DNA of 32,000 bases from Candidatus Saccharimonadota bacterium. GTDB taxonomy: Bacteria > Patescibacteriota > Saccharimonadia > Saccharimonadales > Saccharimonadaceae. Below are positions 8,547-16,697 of the stretch, one piece after another (the stretch's first letter is position 1; each line of letters starts with the position of its first letter). The notes below the pieces were generated by a model. The model had not been told where the DNA came from, ran no database searches, and saw only the letters and a program-made list of their open reading frames with translations. Made by a program: the position numbers and the translations under genes. The stretch spans positions 690,001-722,000 of the forward strand of contig CP006915.1 in the NCBI GenBank assembly GCA_000503915.1, written 5' to 3'.

Positions 8547-10522
8547 ACAGCTCTTCTCTTCTCGGCTTGGAATAATTCGTCGGCAGAAATCTTTACCTCA
8601 TCTGAGCCGTCTTTCATCGTGCGTACGAGGAGTAATATGACGATGAGCGCTGCGCCGAATATCATCAGCCACCACATATGCCAGATCGCGCCAAAGCCGA
8701 GCGCCGCAGCAGCCATGCCAATAAACAGTCCAACCCCCGTATTACGCGCTACATAAATATCTTGGTAGGCACTACGGGCGAGCGGTTTGACGCCACGCTG
8801 TTTTCGTTCCCACCACTCGTCACGAGACGAGACGGTCGGGATGACTGCAAAGTTATAATGTGGTGCCGGAGACGGTACCGACCATTCCAGCGTCCGGCCA
8901 TCCCACGGATCTCCGGTTCGGTCACGTAATTTCTTGCGCTGCCAGACACTAACCACCAGCTGTAAGACAAACAGAGCCGTACCCAGCCCGATAACGAGCA
9001 CACCGATGCCAGAGACGATAAAGAATGGCTGCCATGATGGGTCGTCATAGTGGTCGATTCGCCGCGCGGCACCCATTAGGCCAAGCGCGTAGAGTGGGAG
9101 AAACGCCAAGATAAAGCCCAGCTGCCAAGCGTATGCCGAATAACGACCGAGACGATCGTGCAAACGAAAGCCAAATACCTTCGGGAACCAATACGTAATC
9201 GCCGCCAGAAAACCAAATACCACACCGCCAATAATCGTATTGTGAAAATGAGCGACCAAAAACAGCGTATTATGCACCTGAAAATCGAGGGCCGGTACCG
9301 CCATCATAACACCCGTGACGCCACCGAGCGTGAAAGTAACCACAAAGCACAGGAACCATATCATCGGTGCCGTGAAGGTAATGCGTCCGCCATACATCGT
9401 GAATAGCCAGTTAAATATTTTAACGCCGGTCGGAATGGCAATAATCATTGTCATAATACCAAAAAACGCGTTAACGTTGGCGCCCGCCCCCATTGTGAAG
9501 AAGTGATGTTGCCAGACGATAAACGAAAAGAACATGATCGCCACTAGCGCCGCTACCATTGTCTTGTAGCCAAACAGCGCTTTACGTGCGAACGTTGCCA
9601 CGATCTCGCTATAAATACCGAAGGCTGGCAGCACGAGGATATAGACTTCAGGGTGCCCCCATGCCCAAATGAGATTAATGTACATCATTGGGTTGCCGCC
9701 GAGATCGGAAGTAAAGAAGTGCATACCCATCAATCGGTCGAGCGACAGCATGCCGAGTGTCGCCGTCAAGATGGGAAATGCCAGCATGATCAAGACAGTC
9801 GTTACCAGCACACTCCAAGCAAAAATCGGCATCTTCATCAGCGTCATACCGGGGGCACGTTTCTTTAAAATCGTCACCATAAAATTAATACCCGAAAGTA
9901 AGCTACCGACACCAGCAATCTGCAGCGACCAGATCCAGTAATCAACACCCGGCCCTGGATTGTACTGCAGTTCGGTCAGTGGCGGATACCCGAGCCACCC
10001 TCCGTTTGAAAAGCCACCGATAAGAAGTGATACATTGACGAGCACCATGCCAGCAATAAAAAGCCAAAGGCTGATTGAATTGAGGAACGGAAATGCCATA
10101 TCGCGTGCACCGAGCATCAGCGGCATGACGATATTGATCAAGCCAAACATCAGCCCCATCGCAACAAAGAAAATCATGATCGTCCCGTGTGCCGTAAAAA
10201 CTTGTTGGAATGTATCGGTCTGGATCGGACCGGCATTACCGCCAACAGCAGTAGCAGTCTGCAAGCGCAGCATTGTGGCATCGGCCAACCCGCGAACAAG
10301 CATTAAGATGGCGACAATAATATACATAACGCCGATCTTTTTGGCGTCAAGTGATGTCAACCAGTTCCGCCAGAGCCATTTCCATTTCTTGAAATAAGTC
10401 AGTGCTGCGATCGTAAGGACGCCGCCGCCGACAATGCCAGCAGCTGCTCCGAGCGTGACTGGGTCGGCAGGCAGATAGCTGGAAGAAAGCCGGCCAAGCA
10501 GCATCTCAAGCAAATCGCTCAC
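8543..10522 (-). CDS. cyoB: heme-copper quinol oxidase subunit I
   Basis: 659 aa with the WAWGHPEVYILVLPAFG, QHHFFTMG and VAHFHNTIIGG ligand motifs. The GTG start has GGAGGAG 5 nt upstream and a GTGA overlap with cyoA. Confidence 0.97.
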   Translation of the reverse strand: MSDLLEMLLGRLSSSYLPADPVTLGAAAGIVGGGVLTIAALTYFKKWKWLWRNWLTSLDAKKIGVMYIIVAILMLVRGLADATMLRLQTATAVGGNAGPIQTDTFQQVFTAHGTIMIFFVAMGLMFGLINIVMPLMLGARDMAFPFLNSISLWLFIAGMVLVNVSLLIGGFSNGGWLGYPPLTELQYNPGPGVDYWIWSLQIAGVGSLLSGINFMVTILKKRAPGMTLMKMPIFAWSVLVTTVLIMLAFPILTATLGMLSLDRLMGMHFFTSDLGGNPMMYINLIWAWGHPEVYILVLPAFGIYSEIVATFARKALFGYKTMVAALVAIMFFSFIVWQHHFFTMGAGANVNAFFGIMTMIIAIPTGVKIFNWLFTMYGGRITFTAPMIWFLCFVVTFTLGGVTGVMMAVPALDFQVHNTLFLVAHFHNTIIGGVVFGFLAAITYWFPKVFGFRLHDRLGRYSAYAWQLGFILAFLPLYALGLMGAARRIDHYDDPSWQPFFIVSGIGVLVIGLGTALFVLQLVVSVWQRKKLRDRTGDPWDGRTLEWSVPSPAPHYNFAVIPTVSSRDEWWERKQRGVKPLARSAYQDIYVARNTGVGLFIGMAAAALGFGAIWHMWWLMIFGAALIVILLLVRTMKDGSDEVKISADELFQAEKRRAV

Positions 10523-11397
10523 TTCATCTCCTCCGTACTGTGGCCGCTCATATGCATTTCCATAATTTTACCGTAAAGCTGGCTATCTGTCAGCCGGTAG
10601 GTGCGCTCAACTCGATCACTCTTTGGCTCGGCTAGCAGGTGGTAGCCGTTCATTGTCAGAACTGACGGCGACTGGCCAGCTTGCTGTAGCCACTCCTTGT
10701 ATTTGGACGCCGACGTGGCATGGACATTAAAGGTCATGTCCGCATAGCCTCGGCCGTTGATATTAGTACTGTAACCTTTATATTCACCGGTTTCGTCTGC
10801 TATCAGATGCAGCTGCGATGACATGCCGTTCATCGCATAAATCTGTGATCCAAGTGCCGGTATCCAAAAGGCGCTCATCGGTGCATCGGCCGATAAGGTG
10901 AAGTGTACTGGGGTATCGGCTGGGATGACCAGTTGATTTAACGTGGCAACCTGCTCATCCGGGTAGAGAAAGAGCCACTTCCATTGCAAAGCGATCACTT
11001 GAACTTCGATCGTTTTATTCTCTGAGGCAAGCGGCCGGTATGGGTCAAGGCTATGGCTGGTATACCAGGCAACCGCACCGAGAATGGCAATAATCACGAT
11101 TGGGATGCCCCACCAGACTATCTCAAGTCGACGGCTACTACTAAAATGTGGCCGATATTTGGCGCGTTTATTACCTGCGCGGTAGCGCCAAGCGAAAACA
11201 CCGAGTAGTGTAAAAACCGGTAGCACGACAACTGCACTCAAAATAACCGTAAAAATAAGTAGCCGCTGCTGCTGAACGGCTACCGCACCGTGGGGCATCA
11301 ATACATCCATCCGAACATCCTTGAGTAGCCACCATCCGAGGGCGCTTAAGCCGGCTACTGTCAGCAGTATCATAAGCAGCGGCAGGAATTTTTTCAT
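10519..11397 (-). CDS. cyoA: quinol oxidase subunit II (no CuA site)
   Basis: Cupredoxin-type subunit II fold with two N-terminal TM helices. The protein contains zero cysteines, so CuA cannot form, which points to a quinol oxidase. I chose the ATG at 11397 (MKKFLPLL...), preceded by GGGAG. Confidence 0.9.
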   Translation of the reverse strand: MKKFLPLLMILLTVAGLSALGWWLLKDVRMDVLMPHGAVAVQQQRLLIFTVILSAVVVLPVFTLLGVFAWRYRAGNKRAKYRPHFSSSRRLEIVWWGIPIVIIAILGAVAWYTSHSLDPYRPLASENKTIEVQVIALQWKWLFLYPDEQVATLNQLVIPADTPVHFTLSADAPMSAFWIPALGSQIYAMNGMSSQLHLIADETGEYKGYSTNINGRGYADMTFNVHATSASKYKEWLQQAGQSPSVLTMNGYHLLAEPKSDRVERTYRLTDSQLYGKIMEMHMSGHSTEEMK

Positions 11398-11455
11398 TAC
11401 TCCCATCATACCGCTTGTGTTCTGCTTCGACAAGGTTCGCTGGCCGCGGGCAAGA

Positions 11456-11483
11456 AAATACCCGGAGTATTTTCCGGGTATTT
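11456..11483 (-). terminator. intrinsic terminator-like hairpin after fusA
   Basis: An 11-12 bp stem (AAATACCCGGA pairs with TCCGGGTATTT) is followed by TTTTCTTG on the minus strand only. Confidence 0.65.
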
Positions 11484-11490
11484 ATCGCTG

Positions 11491-13584
11491 TTACTTGCTC
11501 GAGCGCTTCTCGATAATCTCTGCAGCAACATTTGGTGGAACTTCCTCATAGGTCGCAAGCTCCATCGTCGACGCAGCACGACCCTGTGACATCGATCGAA
11601 CATCGTTGGTGTAGCCAAACATGCTTGCCAGCGGAACCATTGCACGAACTAGCTTGGCGCCGCCTTGCAAATCTTCCATAGCCTCAATCCGTCCGCGTCG
11701 AGCGTTTAGGTCTCCGATCACATCACCCATAAACTCTTCCGGAGTCGTGACTTCGACTCTCATGATAGGCTCGAGTAGAACCGGCTTTGCCTTCGGAATA
11801 CCTGCCTTAACGGCCAGGACTCCGGCTAGGTTAAATGCCAGCTCGCTAGAGTCGACATCATGATAGCTACCATCGTACAGTGTCGCTTTGACCCCTATCA
11901 TCGGATAACCCGCAATGACACCACCTTCGAGGGTTTCTTTAACGCCCTTACGTACTGGTTCGCGGTATTCTTGAGGCACGACACCGCCCTTGATTTCATC
12001 ACCCCACTCAAAGCCCTCACCGGATTCGGTTGGCTCGAAGCGTACCCAGACATCACCATACTGACCACGTCCACCCGACTGCTTGGCGTGCTTACCCTGC
12101 GCCTCGGCAGTACCACGAATGGTTTCACGGTAGGCAACCTGAGGTTCACCGACATTTGCTTCGACGTTAAACTCACGACGCATGCGGTCGATATAAATAT
12201 CAAGGTGGAGCTCACCCATACCTGACATGATCGTCTGGCCAGTTTCTTCATCAGTATGAACGCGGAACGTTGGATCCTCTTCCGTCAGACGTTGCAAGGC
12301 GATACCCATCTTTTCCTGGTCGGCTTTCGTCTTTGGTTCAACCGCGATCGACACCGGAGGATCTGCAAAAGTAATGCTCTCAAGCGCAATTGGATGTGCC
12401 GTATCGGCCAACGTATGACCGGTAAAGGTTCCTTTTAGCCCAACGACGGCTGCAATATCGCCGGCACCAATACCGTCAATATCCTCGCGCTTATCGGCGT
12501 GCATCCGCACGACGCGACCAATACGTTCTTTTTCGCCGGTTGTCGTATTGAGGACATAAGAACCGGCTGACAGTTTACCACTGTAGACGCGAACAAAGAT
12601 TAGACGGCCGACAAAGGGGTCGGTGGCAATCTTAAAGGCCAGCGCTGCCAGCGGCTCTTTGTCGTCAGGGTGGCGCTCGACCGCATCACCGGTCTTGGGG
12701 TTGGTGCCTTGGATCGCCGGAATATCAAGTGGAGACGGCAAATAGTCAGCCACAAGGTCGAGTACCTTCTCAACCATAACGCCACGGCCGTCACCACCGG
12801 TGACCAAGTAGAACTCACCATCAAGGACGCGCTTACGCAGGGCGCCTTTTAGCTCTTCGATGGTGATTGATTCTTCACCTTTGTCGAGGAAACGCTCAAA
12901 TAATTCGTCATCAGCTTCGACGGCTGCTTCAACCAGTAGGCTGCGGGCATTCTTGGCCTTCTCGAGCATATCTGCAGGAATTTCACCCTGAACCATCTCG
13001 TGGTCGGTATAGTCGCTATAGGTGTAGGCTTTCATGTCGACGAGATCAACCACGCCATTGATGTCTTTTTCAAACCCGATTGGCAGGTGTATTGGCAGCG
13101 CATGCTTTGAAAGACGGTGGTGGATCGTATCAAGAGATTTATAAAAGTCCCCACCAATCTGATTGATCTTATTCACAAAACAGATGCGCGGCACACCATA
13201 TTTGTTCGCCTGGCGCCAGACAGTTTCGGTCTGTGCCTCTACGCCCATCTTGCCGTCAAAGACGACAACCGCACCGTCAAGCACGCGCAGACTACGTTCA
13301 ACCTCGGCAGTAAAGTCGATGTGACCGGGGGTGTCGATAATATTAATCTTACAGCCCTTCCAGAAGCAAGTCACGGCAGCAGAGGTAATCGTGATGCCAC
13401 GCTCTTTTTCCTGTGCCATCCAATCGGTTGTCGCGCCATCACCGTCACCGCGAACCTCACCGATCTTGTGGTTGATACCGGTGCGGTACAAAATACCTTC
13501 GGTCGTCGTCGTTTTGCCGGCGTCGATGTGGGCAATAATGCCGATATTACGGTAGTCCTTCAGCGGGACATCTACTTGGGCCAT
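11491..13584 (-). CDS. fusA: elongation factor G
   Basis: 697 aa with [14 protein letters not shown] and the domain IV motif [23 protein letters not shown] lies upstream. See the findings for its atypical G4 and G5 motifs. Confidence 0.97.
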   Translation of the reverse strand: MAQVDVPLKDYRNIGIIAHIDAGKTTTTEGILYRTGINHKIGEVRGDGDGATTDWMAQEKERGITITSAAVTCFWKGCKINIIDTPGHIDFTAEVERSLRVLDGAVVVFDGKMGVEAQTETVWRQANKYGVPRICFVNKINQIGGDFYKSLDTIHHRLSKHALPIHLPIGFEKDINGVVDLVDMKAYTYSDYTDHEMVQGEIPADMLEKAKNARSLLVEAAVEADDELFERFLDKGEESITIEELKGALRKRVLDGEFYLVTGGDGRGVMVEKVLDLVADYLPSPLDIPAIQGTNPKTGDAVERHPDDKEPLAALAFKIATDPFVGRLIFVRVYSGKLSAGSYVLNTTTGEKERIGRVVRMHADKREDIDGIGAGDIAAVVGLKGTFTGHTLADTAHPIALESITFADPPVSIAVEPKTKADQEKMGIALQRLTEEDPTFRVHTDEETGQTIMSGMGELHLDIYIDRMRREFNVEANVGEPQVAYRETIRGTAEAQGKHAKQSGGRGQYGDVWVRFEPTESGEGFEWGDEIKGGVVPQEYREPVRKGVKETLEGGVIAGYPMIGVKATLYDGSYHDVDSSELAFNLAGVLAVKAGIPKAKPVLLEPIMRVEVTTPEEFMGDVIGDLNARRGRIEAMEDLQGGAKLVRAMVPLASMFGYTNDVRSMSQGRAASTMELATYEEVPPNVAAEIIEKRSSK

Positions 13585-13643
13585 TCTCTTTATTCCTCTC
13601 GGGTTAATTATTTTTTGCCATAAAAAATAGCGCTTTACCGATC

Positions 13644-13672
13644 ATTATACCAGAATAAGCCCTGGTTATCCA
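13644..13672 (-). promoter_or_regulatory. candidate fusA promoter with extended -10 (TGGATA-17-TGgTATAAT)
   Basis: TGGTATAAT reads exactly on the minus strand at 13652..13644. The predicted leader is about 58 nt. Confidence 0.5.
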
Positions 13673-13696
13673 GCACCTTACGCGCTTACCTATCGT

Positions 13697-14374
13697 TTAG
13701 TCGGCCAGCCAGCGAGCCAGCTCTTCCTCGCTCACCTTGTCGCCATCTTCCAAGTCTAGACAGAGGAGTTCAAGCGCCAGTTGGCTCCCCCCTAAAGCAA
13801 AGGCAAAGCCATGGTTAAGGCTCGGTAGTTGCTCAGGTAGTATCAGACCTTCGTTGATAACTGCTCTACCGAGAGATACCAGCAGCTTGGCATACGGTGG
13901 CTTGATCTCCATAAGACGAGCTTTCGCCACCGACTGTGTCGCTGTTACCAACGCATCGTAGCGTTTGACCGGGTCGTACTGTGTCATATCGATACGGACA
14001 ATCGGTAAAAATCCCTCCGAATCCGCCCAAGCAGCCAGACAATCCGTGTCACGTACGCCTTGTTCGGCTGCTTCCATCGAAAGCACATCAAACGCCGCAC
14101 AGGCACCGACCATAAACGGAGTCAACTCAGGAGCTTCGGTGTTATCTAAACTATCGAAACCGTCATCTTCAAACAATGCTGCAACCACCTCTAGTCTGCT
14201 CATGATTGAATAGCGCGTGCCTTCAGGGACGTCACGATATCGGTCATACACTTCTTTGACATAGCAAACGAGGCCATCCTCGGTTTGAGTAAATCGCTCC
14301 TGGATATGCCATGCAATCGCACCGCTGCGCATATCTCTCGCCTCAAATTCATAGGACATACAGCAATCGTACAC
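13697..14374 (-). CDS. hypothetical acidic protein, about 220-225 aa
   Basis: A long ORF with no motif I recognise. The codon at 14374 is a GTG abutting GGAGG. The ATG at 14359 lies 14 nt from that SD, so the start is ambiguous. Confidence 0.6.
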   Translation of the reverse strand: MYDCCMSYEFEARDMRSGAIAWHIQERFTQTEDGLVCYVKEVYDRYRDVPEGTRYSIMSRLEVVAALFEDDGFDSLDNTEAPELTPFMVGACAAFDVLSMEAAEQGVRDTDCLAAWADSEGFLPIVRIDMTQYDPVKRYDALVTATQSVAKARLMEIKPPYAKLLVSLGRAVINEGLILPEQLPSLNHGFAFALGGSQLALELLCLDLEDGDKVSEEELARWLAD

Positions 14375-14421
14375 CTCCTCTCTTTACGTCGCAAACACAA
14401 GCAGTATATACTACCTTTTAT

Positions 14422-15168
14422 ATGCTGCCCAAACGTGACTTACACCTTTACTGCTTCTCGCCACTCGTGATGCTTGCGACATTTTTGATCGAAATCATCA
14501 GCGCCGCCTATGTCGTATGGCGCTACCGCATGACCGTCACCACTCGGCTCATCACGGCGCTTCTCGTGTTTCTAGCGACCTTTCAGGGCACTGAGTTTCT
14601 TCTCTGCGGCGGCGTGGGTGTCCCTGGTGGCGTCTGGTCGCGCATTGGCTATGCCTCGATTACCATGCTTCCACCGCTCGGTATTCACCTTATTTACGTC
14701 CTTGCTCGGCGAAAAGAGCGGATCCTGGTGTGGTTTAGTTATCTAACAGCCGCTGCATTTATCGCCTATTTTGTCTTCGCCACACAGGCCATCTCCGGCC
14801 ATACCTGTTACGCCAACTACGCGGTATTCGATGTTACCCAGGCCAGCACCCTACTTTACAGCCTGTATTACTACGGCTGGCTTCTGCTTGGTATCACGCT
14901 CACCATCATCTTTGGCAAGTCGCTACCCAGAAAGCGCCGTCGACCTCTTTACGCATTAATGGTCGGCTATCTATCCTTCCTCATCCCGACAACAACAGTC
15001 AATGTCATTGACCCACAGACGATTGGCGCTATTCCATCGATCATGTGTGGCTTCGCCGTACTTCTTGCACTTATCCTAGTCAGTAACGTCGCACCCAAGA
15101 GCCTCCCGCTGAGAAAATCTACGCCACTCTCCAAACGCGCCGACGACGGCCGTAGATCATCGGCATAA
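14422..15168 (+). CDS. hypothetical polytopic membrane protein (about 7 TM helices)
   Basis: 248 aa from the ATG at 14422, with seven hydrophobic segments. The ATG at 14470 is an alternative start. The 3' end overlaps the convergent 252-aa ORF by 50 nt. Confidence 0.62.
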   Translation: MLPKRDLHLYCFSPLVMLATFLIEIISAAYVVWRYRMTVTTRLITALLVFLATFQGTEFLLCGGVGVPGGVWSRIGYASITMLPPLGIHLIYVLARRKERILVWFSYLTAAAFIAYFVFATQAISGHTCYANYAVFDVTQASTLLYSLYYYGWLLLGITLTIIFGKSLPRKRRRPLYALMVGYLSFLIPTTTVNVIDPQTIGAIPSIMCGFAVLLALILVSNVAPKSLPLRKSTPLSKRADDGRRSSA

Positions 15169-15877
15169 AATTTACAGCACGGCTACCGGCCAGCCGGCCT
15201 AGCTCTCTCGCTACTTGTTCTGGTGAGCGTTCAACGATGGCAGCCACATCGAGAAACTCGTTATCATCATTTAATTCATGCTTGCTATTTTCGAAATAGC
15301 TCTCAAAGTTGGTCATCACCTGAAGGAGAATTTCCTCTTCTAGGAGTATCTCTCCAGTCTGCGAACAATAGGGGACGCCGCTAATCTTTCCTGGATTTCT
15401 AAAAGCGGTTACAGCACCTCGGGCACTCTCAAGCAGATTTTCGGCAAGCTCGTAGTCACGAACTCGCGCTTCCATCACCGCAAAGTCAGGCACAGGCGGC
15501 GGCGCAATAGCAACGTGAATAAACTCATGAAGTTGCCGCGGCAAGTAGCCTTTGTGAAAGGAAATCTTATCACGATAATCCCGTGGGATGAGATTACCAC
15601 CGTAGTGCCTCGGGTGATAGCGGTCACGCTCCCATACAAAGTGGTGGATATCTGGTTTTGGTTCGTCACGCGGCCAGCGGTATTCGTCATCGACAAGACT
15701 AAGCGCCAGCTCTACTGTTTTAAATATGTTTACAACGCCTCGGTCATCGATCGGTGCTTCGAACTGATGTGCACCCTCAATGCGCTTTGTATCGCTATCG
15801 TAATATTTAAGGATGGGGGCGGCGGAAACAGGGGGTAAATGAGGCGGCGAGTCATGACGGCATGACTGCGCCGTCAT
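15119..15877 (-). CDS. hypothetical protein, 252 aa, possible degenerate His-Me/HNH-like motif
   Basis: ATG start with an AAGGAAAC SD. Residues 76-121 read DIHHFVWERDRYHPRHYGGNLIPRDYRDKISFHKGYLPRQLHEFIH. I could not confirm any family. Confidence 0.58.
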   Translation of the reverse strand: MTAQSCRHDSPPHLPPVSAAPILKYYDSDTKRIEGAHQFEAPIDDRGVVNIFKTVELALSLVDDEYRWPRDEPKPDIHHFVWERDRYHPRHYGGNLIPRDYRDKISFHKGYLPRQLHEFIHVAIAPPPVPDFAVMEARVRDYELAENLLESARGAVTAFRNPGKISGVPYCSQTGEILLEEEILLQVMTNFESYFENSKHELNDDNEFLDVAAIVERSPEQVARELGRLAGSRAVNFMPMIYGRRRRVWRVA

Positions 15878-15947
15878 ATTTCAGTTTCCTTGTCCTGTTT
15901 GTATTACTCTCATTTGTCTTTGTTATAACAGAAGGGATTGCTTGGCG

Positions 15948-16214
15948 TCAAGTTTTCCTTAGCCGCTGGTAGGCGGCGAGTTGGCGTAAAGCAAAGTCAC
16001 GGATCGACTCTCGGTCGCCTGTGATGCCTTCGGCAAAATATTCCTTATGGATTGTCTCGATATCCATCGCCTTCCCCGGGTAGTATACATACACACGCCC
16101 TGTGTAGCTAGCAGAAACATGCAGATACTCCGCTGTGTAATCGTCGTGCAGAAAACGAAGTGCCGCCCCGATGAATTCTTCTTCGCTGGGGCGGCCTGGT
16201 TGTCGTTCGACCAT
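15948..16214 (-). CDS. hypothetical protein, 88 aa, translationally coupled to rpsG
   Basis: The ATG lies 3 nt after the rpsG stop (TAATTAATG), with a GAGG inside the rpsG 3' end acting as SD. No motif recognised. Confidence 0.55.
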   Translation of the reverse strand: MVERQPGRPSEEEFIGAALRFLHDDYTAEYLHVSASYTGRVYVYYPGKAMDIETIHKEYFAEGITGDRESIRDFALRQLAAYQRLRKT

Positions 16215-16217
16215 TAA

Positions 16218-16697
16218 TTAGCCTCGGGCAAAGTGAGCGAAGGCACGGTTGGCCTCGGCCATCTTGTGGGTGTCTTCCTTCTTCTTGAAGGCAGCACCAG
16301 CTTCGTTATAGGCATCGACGATCTCAGCGGCCAAGCGCTTGTCGTATGGCATACCACTGCGAGCTCGAGCAGATTGCACCATCCAACTAAACGCGTAGTG
16401 CAACTGGCGGTGACCCTGTACTGGGAATGGAATCTGGTAGTTTGCACCGCCAACACGGCGGCTTTTTACTTCGAAGTTCGGACTGACGTTCCGTAACGCT
16501 TTCTCAAAGACCTCGAGTGGATCCTCTGAATTCAGTTTCTTGGCAGCTTGCTCGAGAGCACTGTAAACTGCACGCTCAGCGAGCAGTTTCTTGCCATCAA
16601 GCATTGACTTGTTAATCAGACGCTGCACGAGTACACTCTGGTACTTGCGGTCTGGTTTCAGCTCGCGTTGGAGTTTCTTGGTAACTTTACGTGGCAT
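16218..16697 (-). CDS. rpsG: 30S ribosomal protein S7
   Basis: 159 aa, MPRKVTKK...GGANYQIPFPV...MAEANRAFAHFARG, typical of uS7. Confidence 0.97.
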   Translation of the reverse strand: MPRKVTKKLQRELKPDRKYQSVLVQRLINKSMLDGKKLLAERAVYSALEQAAKKLNSEDPLEVFEKALRNVSPNFEVKSRRVGGANYQIPFPVQGHRQLHYAFSWMVQSARARSGMPYDKRLAAEIVDAYNEAGAAFKKKEDTHKMAEANRAFAHFARG

